Assembly (NCBI GenBank): GCA_944387565.1
Contig: CALXFJ010000003.1
Coordinates: 7,272-71,271, forward strand
Source of the DNA: an uncultured Clostridia bacterium
Lineage (GTDB): Bacteria; Bacillota; Clostridia; TANB77; CAG-508
DNA length: 64,000 bases
Direction of reading: 5' to 3'
In this document: one piece after another, positions 27,723 to 38,794 of the stretch
Layout: every line of letters begins with the position of its first letter
Numbering within the stretch: the first letter of the stretch is position 1
Notes under the pieces: generated by a model
What the model saw: only the letters and a program-made list of their open reading frames with translations
Database searches by the model: none
What the model was told of the DNA's origin: nothing
Position numbers and translations under genes: made by a program

Positions 27723-30146
27723 TTATTTCACAACAATATTATAAATCTTATTTTTTACATAAATTTCTTTAATTATTGTTTTACCATCTAATTTTGAATC
27801 AACAGCATCATGAACTTTTTCTTTTACAGAAGATTCATCTTCATCTAAATTAATTTGAATAGTAGCTTTTAGCTTTCCATTAAATTGAATAGGTAAAGTG
27901 ATTTCATCTGCAATTGTTTTTGACTCATCATATTTTGGCCATTCCTTATAAGCTAAATCTTCTTTACCACCTAAAACTGTATGCCAAAGTTCTTCAGTAA
28001 TGTGTGGTGCAAAAGGATTTAAAAGTTGTAAAAATGTTTCAAATTCAGCTTTGTTAATAATTTTTTCTTTATAAAATTCATTTACCATTGACATGAAGGT
28101 AGAAACACAAGTATTAAATTTCATATCTTCAATATCAGCAGAGATTTTCTTTATTGCCCTATGCATCATTTTTTCAAATTTTGGAGAATATTCATTTCCA
28201 TCTACTAATAAAGTTTGTAAATTCCAAACTCTATCTAAGAATTTAGAACATCCTCTAATGCTTTCCATAGACCAAGGAGCTGTTTGATCAAAAGGTCCCA
28301 TAAACATTTCATAAACTCTAAAACTATCAGCTCCAAATTCATCAACAACATCATCTGGGTTAACAACATTTCCCTTAGATTTAGACATTTTCTCTCCATT
28401 ACTTCCTAAAATCATACCATGAGAAGTTCTCTTTTGATATGGTTCTTTAGTAGGAACAACGCCGATATCATATAAGAATTTATGCCAAAATCTTGAATAT
28501 AATAAGTGCAATGTAGTATGTTCCATTCCACCATTATACCAATCAACTGGTGACCAGTATTTTAATGCTTCTTCTGAAGCTAAAGCTTTATCATTGTGTG
28601 GGTCCATATATCTTAAATAATACCAAGATGAACCAGCCCATTGAGGCATAGTATCTGTTTCTCTTTTTGCAGGACCTCCACAGTGAGGGCAAGTAGTATT
28701 TACCCAATCAGTATGTTTAGCAAGAGGAGATTCACCATTTTCACCAGGTTCATAATCTTTAATATCTGGTAATTTTAAAGGTAATTCATCTTCTGAAATT
28801 GGAACCCATCCACATTTATCGCAATGAACCATAGGTATTGGTTCACCCCAATAACGTTGTCTTGAAAATACCCAATCACGAAGTTTATAATTTACTTGTT
28901 TTTCACCAATGTGATTATCTTCTAGGTATTCAATTACTTTTTTCTTAGCATCTTTTACAGATAAACCATTTAAGAATCCAGAATTAATTAAAATACCAGT
29001 TTCAACATCTGTAAAAGCTTCATTTTCTATATCACATTTAACATTTTCATCATTAGACTTAATAACTTGAATAATTGGTAAATCAAACTTCTTTGCAAAA
29101 TCATGGTCACGTGTATCATGAGCAGGAACAGCCATAATAGCTCCTGTTCCATAAGTAATTAAAACATAATCAGAAATCCAAATAGGAATTTCTTTACCTG
29201 TTAATGGATTTATTGCCTTAATTCCTTTAATTTCACAACCTGTTTTTTCTTTATTTAATTCAGACCTTTCAAAATCTGATTTTAAAGCAGCTTGTTTTTT
29301 ATAATTTTGTACTTCATCCATATTTGTAATTTTATCAGCTAATTTATCAATAATGTGATGTTCAGGAGCAACAACCATATAAGTTGCACCAAATAATGTA
29401 TCAGGTCTTGTAGTATAAACTGTTAAAGATTCAGAAGAATCAGCTATTTTGAAAGTAACTTCAGCCCCTTCACTACGACCAATCCAATTTATTTGTTGAG
29501 CTTTGATTTTGTCTAGAAAATCAATATCTTTTAAATCATCTATTAATCTTTGAGCATATTTAGTTATCCTTAACATCCATTGACTTTTCTCTTTTTGAAC
29601 AACTGGACTACCACATCTTTCACAAACACCATTTACAACTTCCTCATTTGCAAGCCCCACCTTACAACCTGTACAAAAGTTAATAGGCATAGTTGCTTTG
29701 TATGCTAGACCATGTTTATATAATTGGATAAAAATCCATTGAGTCCATTTATAATAATCAGGGTCTGTTGTATTAATTTCTCTTGACCAATCAAAAGAAA
29801 AACCAAGTGATTTTAGTTGCTTCCTAAAATGATTAATATTTTTTTCAGTTGTTATTTTTGGATGAATGTGATTTTTTATTGCATAATTTTCAGCAGGTAA
29901 ACCAAATGCATCAAAACCTATAGGGAATAACACGTTATATCCTTGCATTCTTCTTTCCCTTGCAATAATATCCATTGCAGTATAACTTCTTGGATGACCA
30001 ACGTGAAGACCTTGACCTGATGGATAAGGGAATTCTATTAAGCCATACCATTTTTTCATAGAATAATCATCTTTAGCATTAAATGTACCTTCTTTATACC
30101 ATTTTTCTTGCCATTTTTTTTCAATCTCTTTAAAATTATAAGCCAT
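27723..30146 (-). CDS. leuS: leucine--tRNA ligase
   Basis: Class I motifs [12 protein letters not shown] and KMSKSKGN, CxxC zinc knuckles. Start moved to ATG 30146 ([23 protein letters not shown]). The ORF track starts at 30191. Confidence 0.95.
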   Translation of the reverse strand: MAYNFKEIEKKWQEKWYKEGTFNAKDDYSMKKWYGLIEFPYPSGQGLHVGHPRSYTAMDIIARERRMQGYNVLFPIGFDAFGLPAENYAIKNHIHPKITTEKNINHFRKQLKSLGFSFDWSREINTTDPDYYKWTQWIFIQLYKHGLAYKATMPINFCTGCKVGLANEEVVNGVCERCGSPVVQKEKSQWMLRITKYAQRLIDDLKDIDFLDKIKAQQINWIGRSEGAEVTFKIADSSESLTVYTTRPDTLFGATYMVVAPEHHIIDKLADKITNMDEVQNYKKQAALKSDFERSELNKEKTGCEIKGIKAINPLTGKEIPIWISDYVLITYGTGAIMAVPAHDTRDHDFAKKFDLPIIQVIKSNDENVKCDIENEAFTDVETGILINSGFLNGLSVKDAKKKVIEYLEDNHIGEKQVNYKLRDWVFSRQRYWGEPIPMVHCDKCGWVPISEDELPLKLPDIKDYEPGENGESPLAKHTDWVNTTCPHCGGPAKRETDTMPQWAGSSWYYLRYMDPHNDKALASEEALKYWSPVDWYNGGMEHTTLHLLYSRFWHKFLYDIGVVPTKEPYQKRTSHGMILGSNGEKMSKSKGNVVNPDDVVDEFGADSFRVYEMFMGPFDQTAPWSMESIRGCSKFLDRVWNLQTLLVDGNEYSPKFEKMMHRAIKKISADIEDMKFNTCVSTFMSMVNEFYKEKIINKAEFETFLQLLNPFAPHITEELWHTVLGGKEDLAYKEWPKYDESKTIADEITLPIQFNGKLKATIQINLDEDESSVKEKVHDAVDSKLDGKTIIKEIYVKNKIYNIVVK

Positions 30147-30295
30147 AAAAAAAGCCCCTTTCTGCTTTATTTTTCTTGTATTATATAACAAAAATACCAG
30201 TAAATCAAGGAAAAACCAAAAGGAATTAAATAAAAGTCATTTTGCTTGCCAAAAAAAACAAAAAATGTTAGAATTTGCAAGTAGAGGTGTAAAAA

Positions 30296-31072
30296 ATGAT
30301 AGATATAAAAAAAGCAAAAAATGCATTCAAAGAATATGTAAAAAATTATGATATAACAAATAAAAAAATACAATTAAAAATTGCACATATAGAAAGAACA
30401 GCAGAGATTTCAAGGAAAATAGCAGAAGGTTTAAAACTAGAAGAAGAGAAAGTAAAACTTGCAAAATTAATAGGATTGTTGCATGATATAGGAAGATTTG
30501 AACAAGTAAGAAAATACAATACATTTGTAGACCATTTAAGTGAAAATCATGCACAAATTGGAGTAGATGTTTTATTTAGAAGTGGTAAAATAAGAGATTT
30601 TATAAAAGATGATAAATATGATAAAATAATTGAACTTGCTATAATTAATCATAATAAGGATAAAAAAGATTTACCCCAAAATTTAAGTAAGGATGAAGAA
30701 TTGTTTGTAAAATTAATAAGAGATAGTGATAAAACAGATATACTTTATATATTAACATTTGAAAATGAAAAAACAGTTTGGGATTCTGATAATTTAGAAG
30801 AAGAAAAATTTACCGAAGAAATATATAACGAATTTATGAATGATAGAGCAATAAAATATTCAAATATGAAAACACATGCAGATAGATTGATAGCAAATTT
30901 TGCGTATGTATTTGATTTTAACTATGATTTTGCTTTAAATTATGTATATGAAAAAGGTTATTTTGATAGTATTTATAAAAGGTTTAATTTTAAAGATGAA
31001 CAAACTAAAAAATGGTTTAATGAAATATATCAAGAAACAATTAGATATATAAAAGAAAGATTGAAAAAATAA
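30296..31072 (+). CDS. HD-domain phosphohydrolase (paralogue 1)
   Basis: 258 aa. H...(LHDIGRFEQ)...NH...RDSDK pattern of HD-superfamily metal-dependent phosphohydrolases. Confidence 0.7.
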   Translation: MIDIKKAKNAFKEYVKNYDITNKKIQLKIAHIERTAEISRKIAEGLKLEEEKVKLAKLIGLLHDIGRFEQVRKYNTFVDHLSENHAQIGVDVLFRSGKIRDFIKDDKYDKIIELAIINHNKDKKDLPQNLSKDEELFVKLIRDSDKTDILYILTFENEKTVWDSDNLEEEKFTEEIYNEFMNDRAIKYSNMKTHADRLIANFAYVFDFNYDFALNYVYEKGYFDSIYKRFNFKDEQTKKWFNEIYQETIRYIKERLKK

Positions 31073-31086
31073 AAAGGAAAAAACAT

Positions 31087-31839
31087 ATGATAGATATAGA
31101 AAAATGCAAAGAAGAATTTATAAATTATGTAAAAAAATATGATTTAGAAAAAGACGGAATAAAAAGAAAATATGAACATTCTTTAAGAGTAATGGAAGAT
31201 TCTAAAAAGCTTGCAAAACTTCTAAATTTAAACGATGAAGAAGTAGAAATTGCAACTTTAATAGGATTATTACATGATATAGGAAGATTTGATGAATATA
31301 GTATAAAAAAAGATAATAATTTTGACCATGGAGACCATGGAGTAGAAATTTTGAAAAAAGATAATTATATTTTAAATTACATAGATAATGAAAAATATAT
31401 AGAAATAATTTTAAAATCAATAAAAAACCATGATAAGTTAGAAATAGAAAAAGATTTAGATGAAAAAAACTTAATGTTTTGTAAACTTATAAGAGATAGT
31501 GATAAAATAGATATACTATATGAAGGAGAATATATCTATTGGAATAAAAAAGAAGAAAAAGAAAATGTAGAGAATACAAAATTTAGTAAATATATGGAAA
31601 AAGAATTTGTAAAACAAAAACCAATTAAACGATTAAGCAGTATAAAAAATGATACAATAGATGGTCTATTTATGCTTTTATCTTATGTGTATGATATAAA
31701 CTTTAAAGAAACTTTAAAGATAATAGAAAAAGAAAATTATATAAACAAAATCTTAGATAGATTTAATTTCAGAGATGAAATAACAAAAGAACAAGTAAAT
31801 AAATTTAAAGATATTTTAAATAAGTATATAAAAGGATGA
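31087..31839 (+). CDS. HD-domain phosphohydrolase (paralogue 2)
   Basis: 250 aa, collinear with the preceding gene (MIDIEKCKEEF vs MIDIKKAKNAF; LHDIGRFDE; IRDSDKIDILY). Its stop overlaps the topB start (ATGA). Confidence 0.7.
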   Translation: MIDIEKCKEEFINYVKKYDLEKDGIKRKYEHSLRVMEDSKKLAKLLNLNDEEVEIATLIGLLHDIGRFDEYSIKKDNNFDHGDHGVEILKKDNYILNYIDNEKYIEIILKSIKNHDKLEIEKDLDEKNLMFCKLIRDSDKIDILYEGEYIYWNKKEEKENVENTKFSKYMEKEFVKQKPIKRLSSIKNDTIDGLFMLLSYVYDINFKETLKIIEKENYINKILDRFNFRDEITKEQVNKFKDILNKYIKG

Positions 31840-33806
31840 TAAAATTGGGCAAAAAATTATTAATAACAGAAAAGCCATCAGTTGCAATGGAATTTGCAAA
31901 AGCATTAAAAATAACGACTAAAAGAAAAGATGGATATTTAGAATCAGATAATTGGATTATAACATGGTGTGTAGGTCATTTGGTAACAATGAGTTATCCA
32001 GAGAAGTATGATGAAAAATTAAAATATTGGAGATTAGATACATTACCATTTATACCAGAAGAATGGAAATATGAAATAATACCACAAGTTGCAAAACAAT
32101 TTAATATTGTAAAAAGTTTGCTTCAAAGAGAAGATGTAGAAGAAATATATAATGCGGGAGACTCTGGAAGAGAAGGAGAATATATACAAAGATTAGTTTT
32201 TATGATGGCAAAACCAAATCCAAAAGCCAAAATAAAAAGAGTATGGATAGATTCTCAAACAGAGGAAGAAATATTAAGAGGAATAAAAGAAGCAAAAGAT
32301 TCATCAGAATATGATAGTTTGTCAGATAGTGCATATTTAAGAGCAAAAGAGGATTATTTAATAGGAATTAACTTTTCAAGATTATTATCAATAATTTATG
32401 GAAGAAGTCTAGCAAATAAAATAAATGAGGATAGAGCATCTATTTCAGTTGGAAGAGTTATGACATGTGTTTTAGGAATGGTAGTTTCAAGAGAAAGAGA
32501 AATAAGAAATTTTAAAAAGACTAAATATTATAAAATAATAGGTGTATTTGGAAATAAAGATTCAAATTTTAGAGCTGAATGGAAAGTAAATGAAAAGTCT
32601 AAAATGTTTGAATCACCTAAATTATACAATGAAACAGGTTTTAAAAAGGAAAATGATGCAAAAGAATTTATTGCATTTTTAAGTGGAAAAGAAGCAATTA
32701 TAACTGAATTAAAAAAATCAAAACAAAAAGAAAATGCACCACTTTTATTTAATTTAGCAGAAATACAAAATGAGTGTACAAAAAGATTTAAAATAAAACC
32801 AGATGAAACATTGGAAGTAATTCAAAATTTATATGAAAAAAAATTAGTAACATACCCAAGAACAGATGCAAGAGTGTTATCAACGGCAGTAAGCAAAGAA
32901 ATTGCTAAAAACTTAAATGGGATAGCAAGAGGATATAAAGATGAGGAAGTACAAGGCTTTATAAAGAAAATGGTAGATGAAAAATACTCCACAAATCTTG
33001 CAAAAACTAAATATGTAAATGATAGTAAAATAACAGACCATTATGCAATTATACCAACAGGACAAGGATACGAGAATTTTAATAGTTTACCACAATTACA
33101 TAAAAATGTTTATAATGTTATAGTAAAAAGATTTTTGGCAATATTTTATCCACCAGCAGAATATCAAAAAATACAAGTTACATTAGAAATACCAGATGAT
33201 AAAAGTAAAACTATAGAAACATTTAGTTGTAGCGAGAAGGTTTGTATAAAACAAGGATTTTTAGAAATATTAAAACCCGAAAAGAGTAAAAAGAAAGAGA
33301 GTAATGAAAAGTCAGAAGAAAGTGATGATAAAGGAAATAATTTAGAAGTATTAAAAATTCTAAAAAAAGGAGAAAAAATAGAAATACAAAATTTTGAATT
33401 AAAAGAAGCAGAAACTTCTCCACCTAGTAGATATAATTCAGGTTCTATAATTCTAGCCATGGAGAATGCAGGTAAATTAATTGAAGATGAAGAATTAAGA
33501 GAACAAATAAAAGGCGCTGGTATTGGGACAAGTGCAACAAGAGCAGAGATTATAAAAAAATTAGAAAAGATAAAATATATAAGTATAAATGGAAAAACTC
33601 AAATTATAACGCCAACTGTTAAGGGTGAAGCGATTTATGATATTGTATTTAAATCAATGCCTGATATGTTAAATCCAAAACTAACAGCTAGTTGGGAAAA
33701 AGGATTAGATATGGTTGCAAAAAAAGAAATAAAACCAGAGATTTTTATGGATAAATTAAAAAATTATATAAATTCTAAATTTAATAAATTAGTTATAAAA
33801 ATGTAA
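31836..33806 (+). CDS. topB: DNA topoisomerase III
   Basis: 656 aa. Toprim KKLLITEKPSVA, DSGREGE, active-site Tyr region LVTYPRTDARVLS. The start overlaps the upstream stop by 4 nt. Confidence 0.9.
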   Translation: MIKLGKKLLITEKPSVAMEFAKALKITTKRKDGYLESDNWIITWCVGHLVTMSYPEKYDEKLKYWRLDTLPFIPEEWKYEIIPQVAKQFNIVKSLLQREDVEEIYNAGDSGREGEYIQRLVFMMAKPNPKAKIKRVWIDSQTEEEILRGIKEAKDSSEYDSLSDSAYLRAKEDYLIGINFSRLLSIIYGRSLANKINEDRASISVGRVMTCVLGMVVSREREIRNFKKTKYYKIIGVFGNKDSNFRAEWKVNEKSKMFESPKLYNETGFKKENDAKEFIAFLSGKEAIITELKKSKQKENAPLLFNLAEIQNECTKRFKIKPDETLEVIQNLYEKKLVTYPRTDARVLSTAVSKEIAKNLNGIARGYKDEEVQGFIKKMVDEKYSTNLAKTKYVNDSKITDHYAIIPTGQGYENFNSLPQLHKNVYNVIVKRFLAIFYPPAEYQKIQVTLEIPDDKSKTIETFSCSEKVCIKQGFLEILKPEKSKKKESNEKSEESDDKGNNLEVLKILKKGEKIEIQNFELKEAETSPPSRYNSGSIILAMENAGKLIEDEELREQIKGAGIGTSATRAEIIKKLEKIKYISINGKTQIITPTVKGEAIYDIVFKSMPDMLNPKLTASWEKGLDMVAKKEIKPEIFMDKLKNYINSKFNKLVIKM

Positions 33807-33821
33807 AAAGAAAGCAAATAA

Positions 33822-34406
33822 TCATTTACTTTCTTTTTTTAAACCATATATTTTATTAATTAAATTTTTAGATTCTTCTTTTACTAAAGATTTCTTTTTC
33901 AATATATTTTTGTCTAAGAAGTATGGCTTACCAAAAATGACATCTACTTTTGAGAAAAATTTAGGTCTTCTTGTTATATATACAGGTATAATAGGAATGT
34001 GTAATTTAGAAGAAACAAAGACAGCACCATTATGTACTTTAGTACCAATATCTTCTTTATTTTTTACAACTCCACCTTCTACAAAAATTAAGAATTCACA
34101 AGGTATATCTTCTTTAAAAATAGATAAAGAGTGAAATAGACTTTTTACATCAACTTTATTTCTATTAACAGGAAATACATTATAATGCGTTAAAATTTTT
34201 GCAATTAGTTTATTTTTAAATATTTCAGATTTTGCCATAATTGATAAATTTTTTGTTCTTGGATATATAAAAAAAGGGTCAAATACACAAGAGTGATTAG
34301 GGCAAATTAAATATTTATCATAAATTTCTAAGTTTTCAATATTATAATAATGAACTCTAAATAAAAATTTACAAAATAAAAAGTTTATAAATTTTTTCAT
34401 AAACAT
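33822..34406 (-). CDS. plsC: 1-acyl-sn-glycerol-3-phosphate acyltransferase-like (PlsC family)
   Basis: HxxxxD motif CPNHSCVFDPF, FVEGG, PIIPVYI. The start is uncertain among ATG 34415, 34406 and 34400; 34406 has the best spacing from AAGGGA. Confidence 0.75.
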   Translation of the reverse strand: MFMKKFINFLFCKFLFRVHYYNIENLEIYDKYLICPNHSCVFDPFFIYPRTKNLSIMAKSEIFKNKLIAKILTHYNVFPVNRNKVDVKSLFHSLSIFKEDIPCEFLIFVEGGVVKNKEDIGTKVHNGAVFVSSKLHIPIIPVYITRRPKFFSKVDVIFGKPYFLDKNILKKKSLVKEESKNLINKIYGLKKESK

Positions 34407-34528
34407 AAAAATCATCCCTTAAAAGATTATTTTTTTTATTATATATATAACAAAAAATCTTGTCAACAATTGACAAATTGTATATAATTTGGTATAACTT
34501 TAATATACGAATGAAAGGAGAGATACAA

Positions 34529-34909
34529 ATGAATGAAAAGAAGTATAAATCATTAGTAGTAATATGGGGAGCAATATTTTTAATATTACATGCAATATCT
34601 TTAGTATATGTAGTAGGAATTAATCCAAATGGATATACATATATGGAAAGACTTATAACAGCATTTGTTGCAGTTATAATGCTTGCATTAGTAATAATTT
34701 ATATGGTACTTTCATTAAAGAAGAAACCAGCAGGCCCTGTAATAGGAATGATAATTGGAGCAGCATATATTGTTAGTTTAACTATTATTGATTTTATTAT
34801 AGGTATTTGTTTTATAATTTCTTGTGCTGGAATGTTAAAAATGCTTAATTTAGGTAAAGAACAAAAGACTAAGGCAGTAAAAGAAAGCAAAGAACAAAAA
34901 GAAAATTAA
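34529..34909 (+). CDS. small integral membrane protein, unknown function
   Basis: MNEKKYKSLVVIWGAIFLILH..., four hydrophobic segments. RBS AAAGGAGAG before ATG 34529. The ORF-track start at 34460 lacks an RBS. Confidence 0.6.
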   Translation: MNEKKYKSLVVIWGAIFLILHAISLVYVVGINPNGYTYMERLITAFVAVIMLALVIIYMVLSLKKKPAGPVIGMIIGAAYIVSLTIIDFIIGICFIISCAGMLKMLNLGKEQKTKAVKESKEQKEN

Positions 34910-34927
34910 TAAAAACTGGAGAATGGC

Positions 34928-37882
34928 ATGAATACGATACTAGGAGAACTTGGTAAAAGTCAAAAGTTTATTGAAATAGTAAATAAAATAGAAAATGAAA
35001 AAAGTCCGATAGCAATATCGGGCTTAAATGACGTTGGAATGGTAAATTTAGATGTTGCAATACATGAATTTACTAAAAGACCAATTTGTATATTAACATA
35101 TAATGAGATACAAGCAAAGAAAATATATGATGATATAAAATATTTTACAGATAATGTAGTTATATTTCCTAAAAAAGAAGTTGTAACATATGATTATGTT
35201 GCAGAAAGTAAAGAAAATTTATATGAAAGAATAGAATCTTTAAATAAAATAAAATCTAAAAAAACATTAATAGTAGTAACTACAATAGAAGCTGTAATGC
35301 AAAAACTTCCTGAAAAAAATACTATATATCAAAATGAATTAAAATTTAAAACAGGAAATTCTTATAAATTAGATGATATTAAAAGAAATTTAGTAGATTT
35401 AGGATATGTTAGATGTGACTTAATAGAAGGAAAAGGACAATTTAGTGTAAGAGGAGACATTGTAGACATTTCTACAAATGAAAAAACAGGAATAAGACTT
35501 GAATTTTGGGGAGATGAAATAGATTCTATAAGAGAATTTAATATAGAAACTCAAAGGTCAATAAAAAATAAAAATGAAGCTACAATATACCCTTCAAATG
35601 AATACATATTAGAAGATAGTGTGGATTTTATATGCGAAAAAATAAGAAAAAAATATAAAGAGTATAAAAACCAAAATATTATTGAAGAAGATATAGAACA
35701 AATAAAAGAAGGAAATTATATAAGTAAAATTGATAAATATTTTGATTGCTTTTATTCAAGACAAGAAACAGTCTTAGATTATTTAAGTTCTAAATATGTG
35801 ATTTTTATTGATGAAGTTGGAAAAGTAGAAAAACGTAGTAAAAATATAAAACAAGATAGAGAAAATTTGCAAAGAGGCTTAATAGAAAAAGACAAACAAG
35901 TACCAGAAGCAATTACAAATGAGCTAGACTTTGAAAAAGTTTTAGAAAGACTTAATAATAAACAATTAGTATATATAGAAAAACAAGATAATGAACCTAA
36001 AATAAAAGGAGAAAAATACAGACTAAATTATAAAGACGTAAATTATTATAAGAGTGAAATAGAAAATTTATTTAAAGATTTAAAAGATAATTTAAAACAA
36101 AAAAAGAATATTTATATATTAATTGAAAACAAAGAAAAAGCAAATAAAATAAAAAGTTTATTAGAGGAAAAGCAAATTACTTGTAAAATAGAGGAAGAAC
36201 TAAATAAAACTATAATAGTAAAAGCAAGAGAGAATATTGTTACAATATCAATTGGTAAGCTTTCTTCCGGGTTTGAAAATTATGAAATAGGTCAAATTGT
36301 AATAGATGCAAATGAATTAGTAAGTGGAGAAAAGAAAAGAAGAGTTACAAATACGGCATATAAAGAAGGAGAAAAAGTTGTATTTGCAGATTTAAAAATA
36401 GGAGATTATGTAGTTCATAGAAGATATGGAATAGGAATTTATATTGGTGTAAATACAATAAAAGCAGATGGAATTGTCAAAGATTATATAAAAATAAAAT
36501 ATCAGGATGATGCTATTTTATATATCCCAACAAGTGATTTAGATAGTATAAGAAAATTTGTTGGTGGAGATAAGCTAAAACCTAAAGTTAATAAATTAGG
36601 AAGTAGAGAGTGGGAAAACACTAAAGCTAAGGTAAAGAAAAATTTAAGAGAAGTTGCAAAAGAGTTAATAGAATTATATGCAAAAAGAGAAAAGGTTCGA
36701 GGATATAGTTTTAGTAAAGATACGCTATGGCAAAAAGAATTTGAAGATAGTTTCCCATATCAAGAAACAGATGACCAATTAAGATGTATTGAAGAAATTA
36801 AAAAAGATATGGAATCTCCAAGACCAATGGATAGATTACTTTGTGGTGATGTTGGATATGGTAAGACAGAAGTTGCTATGAGAGCAGCTTTTAAGGCTGC
36901 AATGGATGGAAAGCAAGTTGCATATCTTGCACCGACAACAGTACTTGCAGAACAACAATACCAAGAATTTAAGAAGAGAATGGAAAAGTATCCTATAAAA
37001 ATAGAAATACTAAATCGTTTTAAAACCAAGAAATATCAAGATGAAGTAATAAAAAAATTAAAATTAGGTGAAGTTGATATTTTAATTGGAACTCATAGAA
37101 TGCTTAGTAAAGATGTAGAGTTTAAAGATTTGGGATTATTAATTGTAGATGAAGAGCATAGGTTTGGAGTAAAGGCAAAAGAAAAAATAAAACAAATGAA
37201 AATGAACATAGATGTCTTAACGATGACAGCGACTCCTATTCCAAGGACTATGCATATGTCAGTAGTTGGAATACGTGATATGTCAGTTATATATGAGCCA
37301 CCATATAATAGAAAGCCTGTTCAAACATATGTATTAGAATATGATGAGGAAGTTATAAAAGAGGCAATTACAAAAGAACTTGAAAGAGGCGGTCAGGTAT
37401 TTTATTTATTTAATAATGTGGAGGGAATAGAAAGAAAAGCAGAGGAAATATCAGAATTAGTACCTGAAGCTAATGTAGTATATGCCCATGGCCAAATGAC
37501 TGGTTCAAGAATTGAAGAAATAATGCAAGACTTTGTTAATAAACAGTCTAATGTGTTGGTTTGTACAACAATTTTAGAGTCTGGAATAGATATTCCAAAT
37601 GCTAATACAATCATAGTTGAAAACGCTGATAGAATGGGACTAGCTCAGCTTTATCAAATACGTGGTAGAGTTGGAAGGTCTGATAGACAGGCATATGCCT
37701 ATATAACATATAGAAGAGATAAACTGTTATCAGAGGTTGCAGATAAAAGGTTAAAAGCAATAAAAGAATTTACTGAATTTGGTTCAGGATTTAAAATTGC
37801 TATGAGAGACCTAGAAATAAGAGGAGCAGGAAGTTTACTTCGGAGAAATACAATCAGGTCATTTAGAACAAGTAGGTTATGA
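34928..37882 (+). CDS. mfd: transcription-repair coupling factor Mfd, main segment (frame broken at CTT-CGG-A 37838-37844)
   Basis: 984 aa ORF. UvrB-homology N-terminus, RNAP-interaction domain (GDYVVHRRYGIG), SF2 helicase motifs (GDVGYGKTEVA, DEEHRFG, TATPIPRT, QLYQIRGRVGRS). The zero frame ends 13 codons after CGG. Confidence 0.95.
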   Translation: MNTILGELGKSQKFIEIVNKIENEKSPIAISGLNDVGMVNLDVAIHEFTKRPICILTYNEIQAKKIYDDIKYFTDNVVIFPKKEVVTYDYVAESKENLYERIESLNKIKSKKTLIVVTTIEAVMQKLPEKNTIYQNELKFKTGNSYKLDDIKRNLVDLGYVRCDLIEGKGQFSVRGDIVDISTNEKTGIRLEFWGDEIDSIREFNIETQRSIKNKNEATIYPSNEYILEDSVDFICEKIRKKYKEYKNQNIIEEDIEQIKEGNYISKIDKYFDCFYSRQETVLDYLSSKYVIFIDEVGKVEKRSKNIKQDRENLQRGLIEKDKQVPEAITNELDFEKVLERLNNKQLVYIEKQDNEPKIKGEKYRLNYKDVNYYKSEIENLFKDLKDNLKQKKNIYILIENKEKANKIKSLLEEKQITCKIEEELNKTIIVKARENIVTISIGKLSSGFENYEIGQIVIDANELVSGEKKRRVTNTAYKEGEKVVFADLKIGDYVVHRRYGIGIYIGVNTIKADGIVKDYIKIKYQDDAILYIPTSDLDSIRKFVGGDKLKPKVNKLGSREWENTKAKVKKNLREVAKELIELYAKREKVRGYSFSKDTLWQKEFEDSFPYQETDDQLRCIEEIKKDMESPRPMDRLLCGDVGYGKTEVAMRAAFKAAMDGKQVAYLAPTTVLAEQQYQEFKKRMEKYPIKIEILNRFKTKKYQDEVIKKLKLGEVDILIGTHRMLSKDVEFKDLGLLIVDEEHRFGVKAKEKIKQMKMNIDVLTMTATPIPRTMHMSVVGIRDMSVIYEPPYNRKPVQTYVLEYDEEVIKEAITKELERGGQVFYLFNNVEGIERKAEEISELVPEANVVYAHGQMTGSRIEEIMQDFVNKQSNVLVCTTILESGIDIPNANTIIVENADRMGLAQLYQIRGRVGRSDRQAYAYITYRRDKLLSEVADKRLKAIKEFTEFGSGFKIAMRDLEIRGAGSLLRRNTIRSFRTSRL

Positions 37883-37895
37883 TACTTATTGTGAT

Positions 37896-38438
37896 TTGTT
37901 AGACCAAGTTGTAAAAGAAATGAAAGGAATTGAAGTAAAACCTGAGGTTGATGTTCAGATTGACTTAGATATTACAAGTTATATACCTGATACTTATATT
38001 GAAGATAGTAGTGAAAAGATAGATATTTATCAAAAAATTGCTTTATGTAGGACCGAAAAAGATATTCAAGATGTCGTTGATGAAATTATTGATAGATTTG
38101 GCAATATGCCAAAAGAATTAAATAATTTGTTAGAGATTGCAAGAATTAAACAATTATGTAAAAAATCTGCAGTTATAAAGGTTACAGAAAAGAAAAACAG
38201 AACTACATATTCACAAAATGTTGTATTTTATTTTGATAAAGATAAGTTTGACCCAAGTGTTATAACTATTTTATTAAAGAAATATGGAACTAAGATTAAA
38301 TTCTCAACAGGTATTGAGCCTTATATTACTTTATTACTTAAAAATCAAAGTGATGAACAACTTGTTAAGGAAATTAAAGATTTTTTAAATACCATAGAGA
38401 TAGAAGAGAAGAAAAATATATTAAATAATAAAAAATAA
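37896..38438 (+). CDS. mfd: Mfd C-terminal segment in the +1 frame (homology resumes at GGA 37842-37844)
   Basis: +1 frame reading ...RGAGSLL|GEIQSGHLEQVGYDTYCDLLDQVVKEMKG..., then the TRCF C-terminal domain to TAA 38436-38438. The ORF track reports it from 37896. Confidence 0.9.
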   Translation: MLDQVVKEMKGIEVKPEVDVQIDLDITSYIPDTYIEDSSEKIDIYQKIALCRTEKDIQDVVDEIIDRFGNMPKELNNLLEIARIKQLCKKSAVIKVTEKKNRTTYSQNVVFYFDKDKFDPSVITILLKKYGTKIKFSTGIEPYITLLLKNQSDEQLVKEIKDFLNTIEIEEKKNILNNKK

Positions 38439-38475
38439 GAGGTATACTTTATTAAAAGTACGCCTCTTATTTTTA
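38437..38475 (+). terminator. terminator after mfd
   Basis: AAGAGGTATAC ... GTACGCCTCTT imperfect stem followed by ATTTTT. Confidence 0.55.
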
Positions 38476-38503
38476 AATAGAAAAAATTTAATTCATATAT
38501 ACA

Positions 38504-38794
38504 CTAAATAGTACGTAATGCAGAATTAAATGCTTTTTCTATTTTTTGCAATGCAGTAATGGCTTCTGAAATTTCAATTTTTCCTGAGCAAAGAAGGTTA
38601 ATGTAAATTGTAATTTGTTCATCTCCTATGTAGTTAAATTTAGGCATTTTATTTTTATACATACCTATTTCGTCAATATTATTGCCAGAATCTTTACAAG
38701 ATTCAAGATAATTAATGACATCATTTACATAGTTTGAAGCAACCGTAAATTCTTTATGGATTTTTTCATTAACATCAATAATTTCAGATTGAAT
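38504..38794 (-). pseudogene. 5'-truncated gene remnant, unknown family
   Basis: 96 open codons on the - strand (IQSEIIDVNEKIHKEF...ITALQKIEKAFNSALRTI*) with a stop immediately upstream. No start codon or RBS at the 5' end. Confidence 0.3.

Noticed and set aside
30147-30295. Expected a T-box leader upstream of leuS
   Set aside because: Only about 140 nt separate leuS from the divergent HD gene. The region holds a promoter (TTGATT-N17-TATAAT-like) and an RBS. I saw no specifier hairpin, T-box sequence or terminator/antiterminator.
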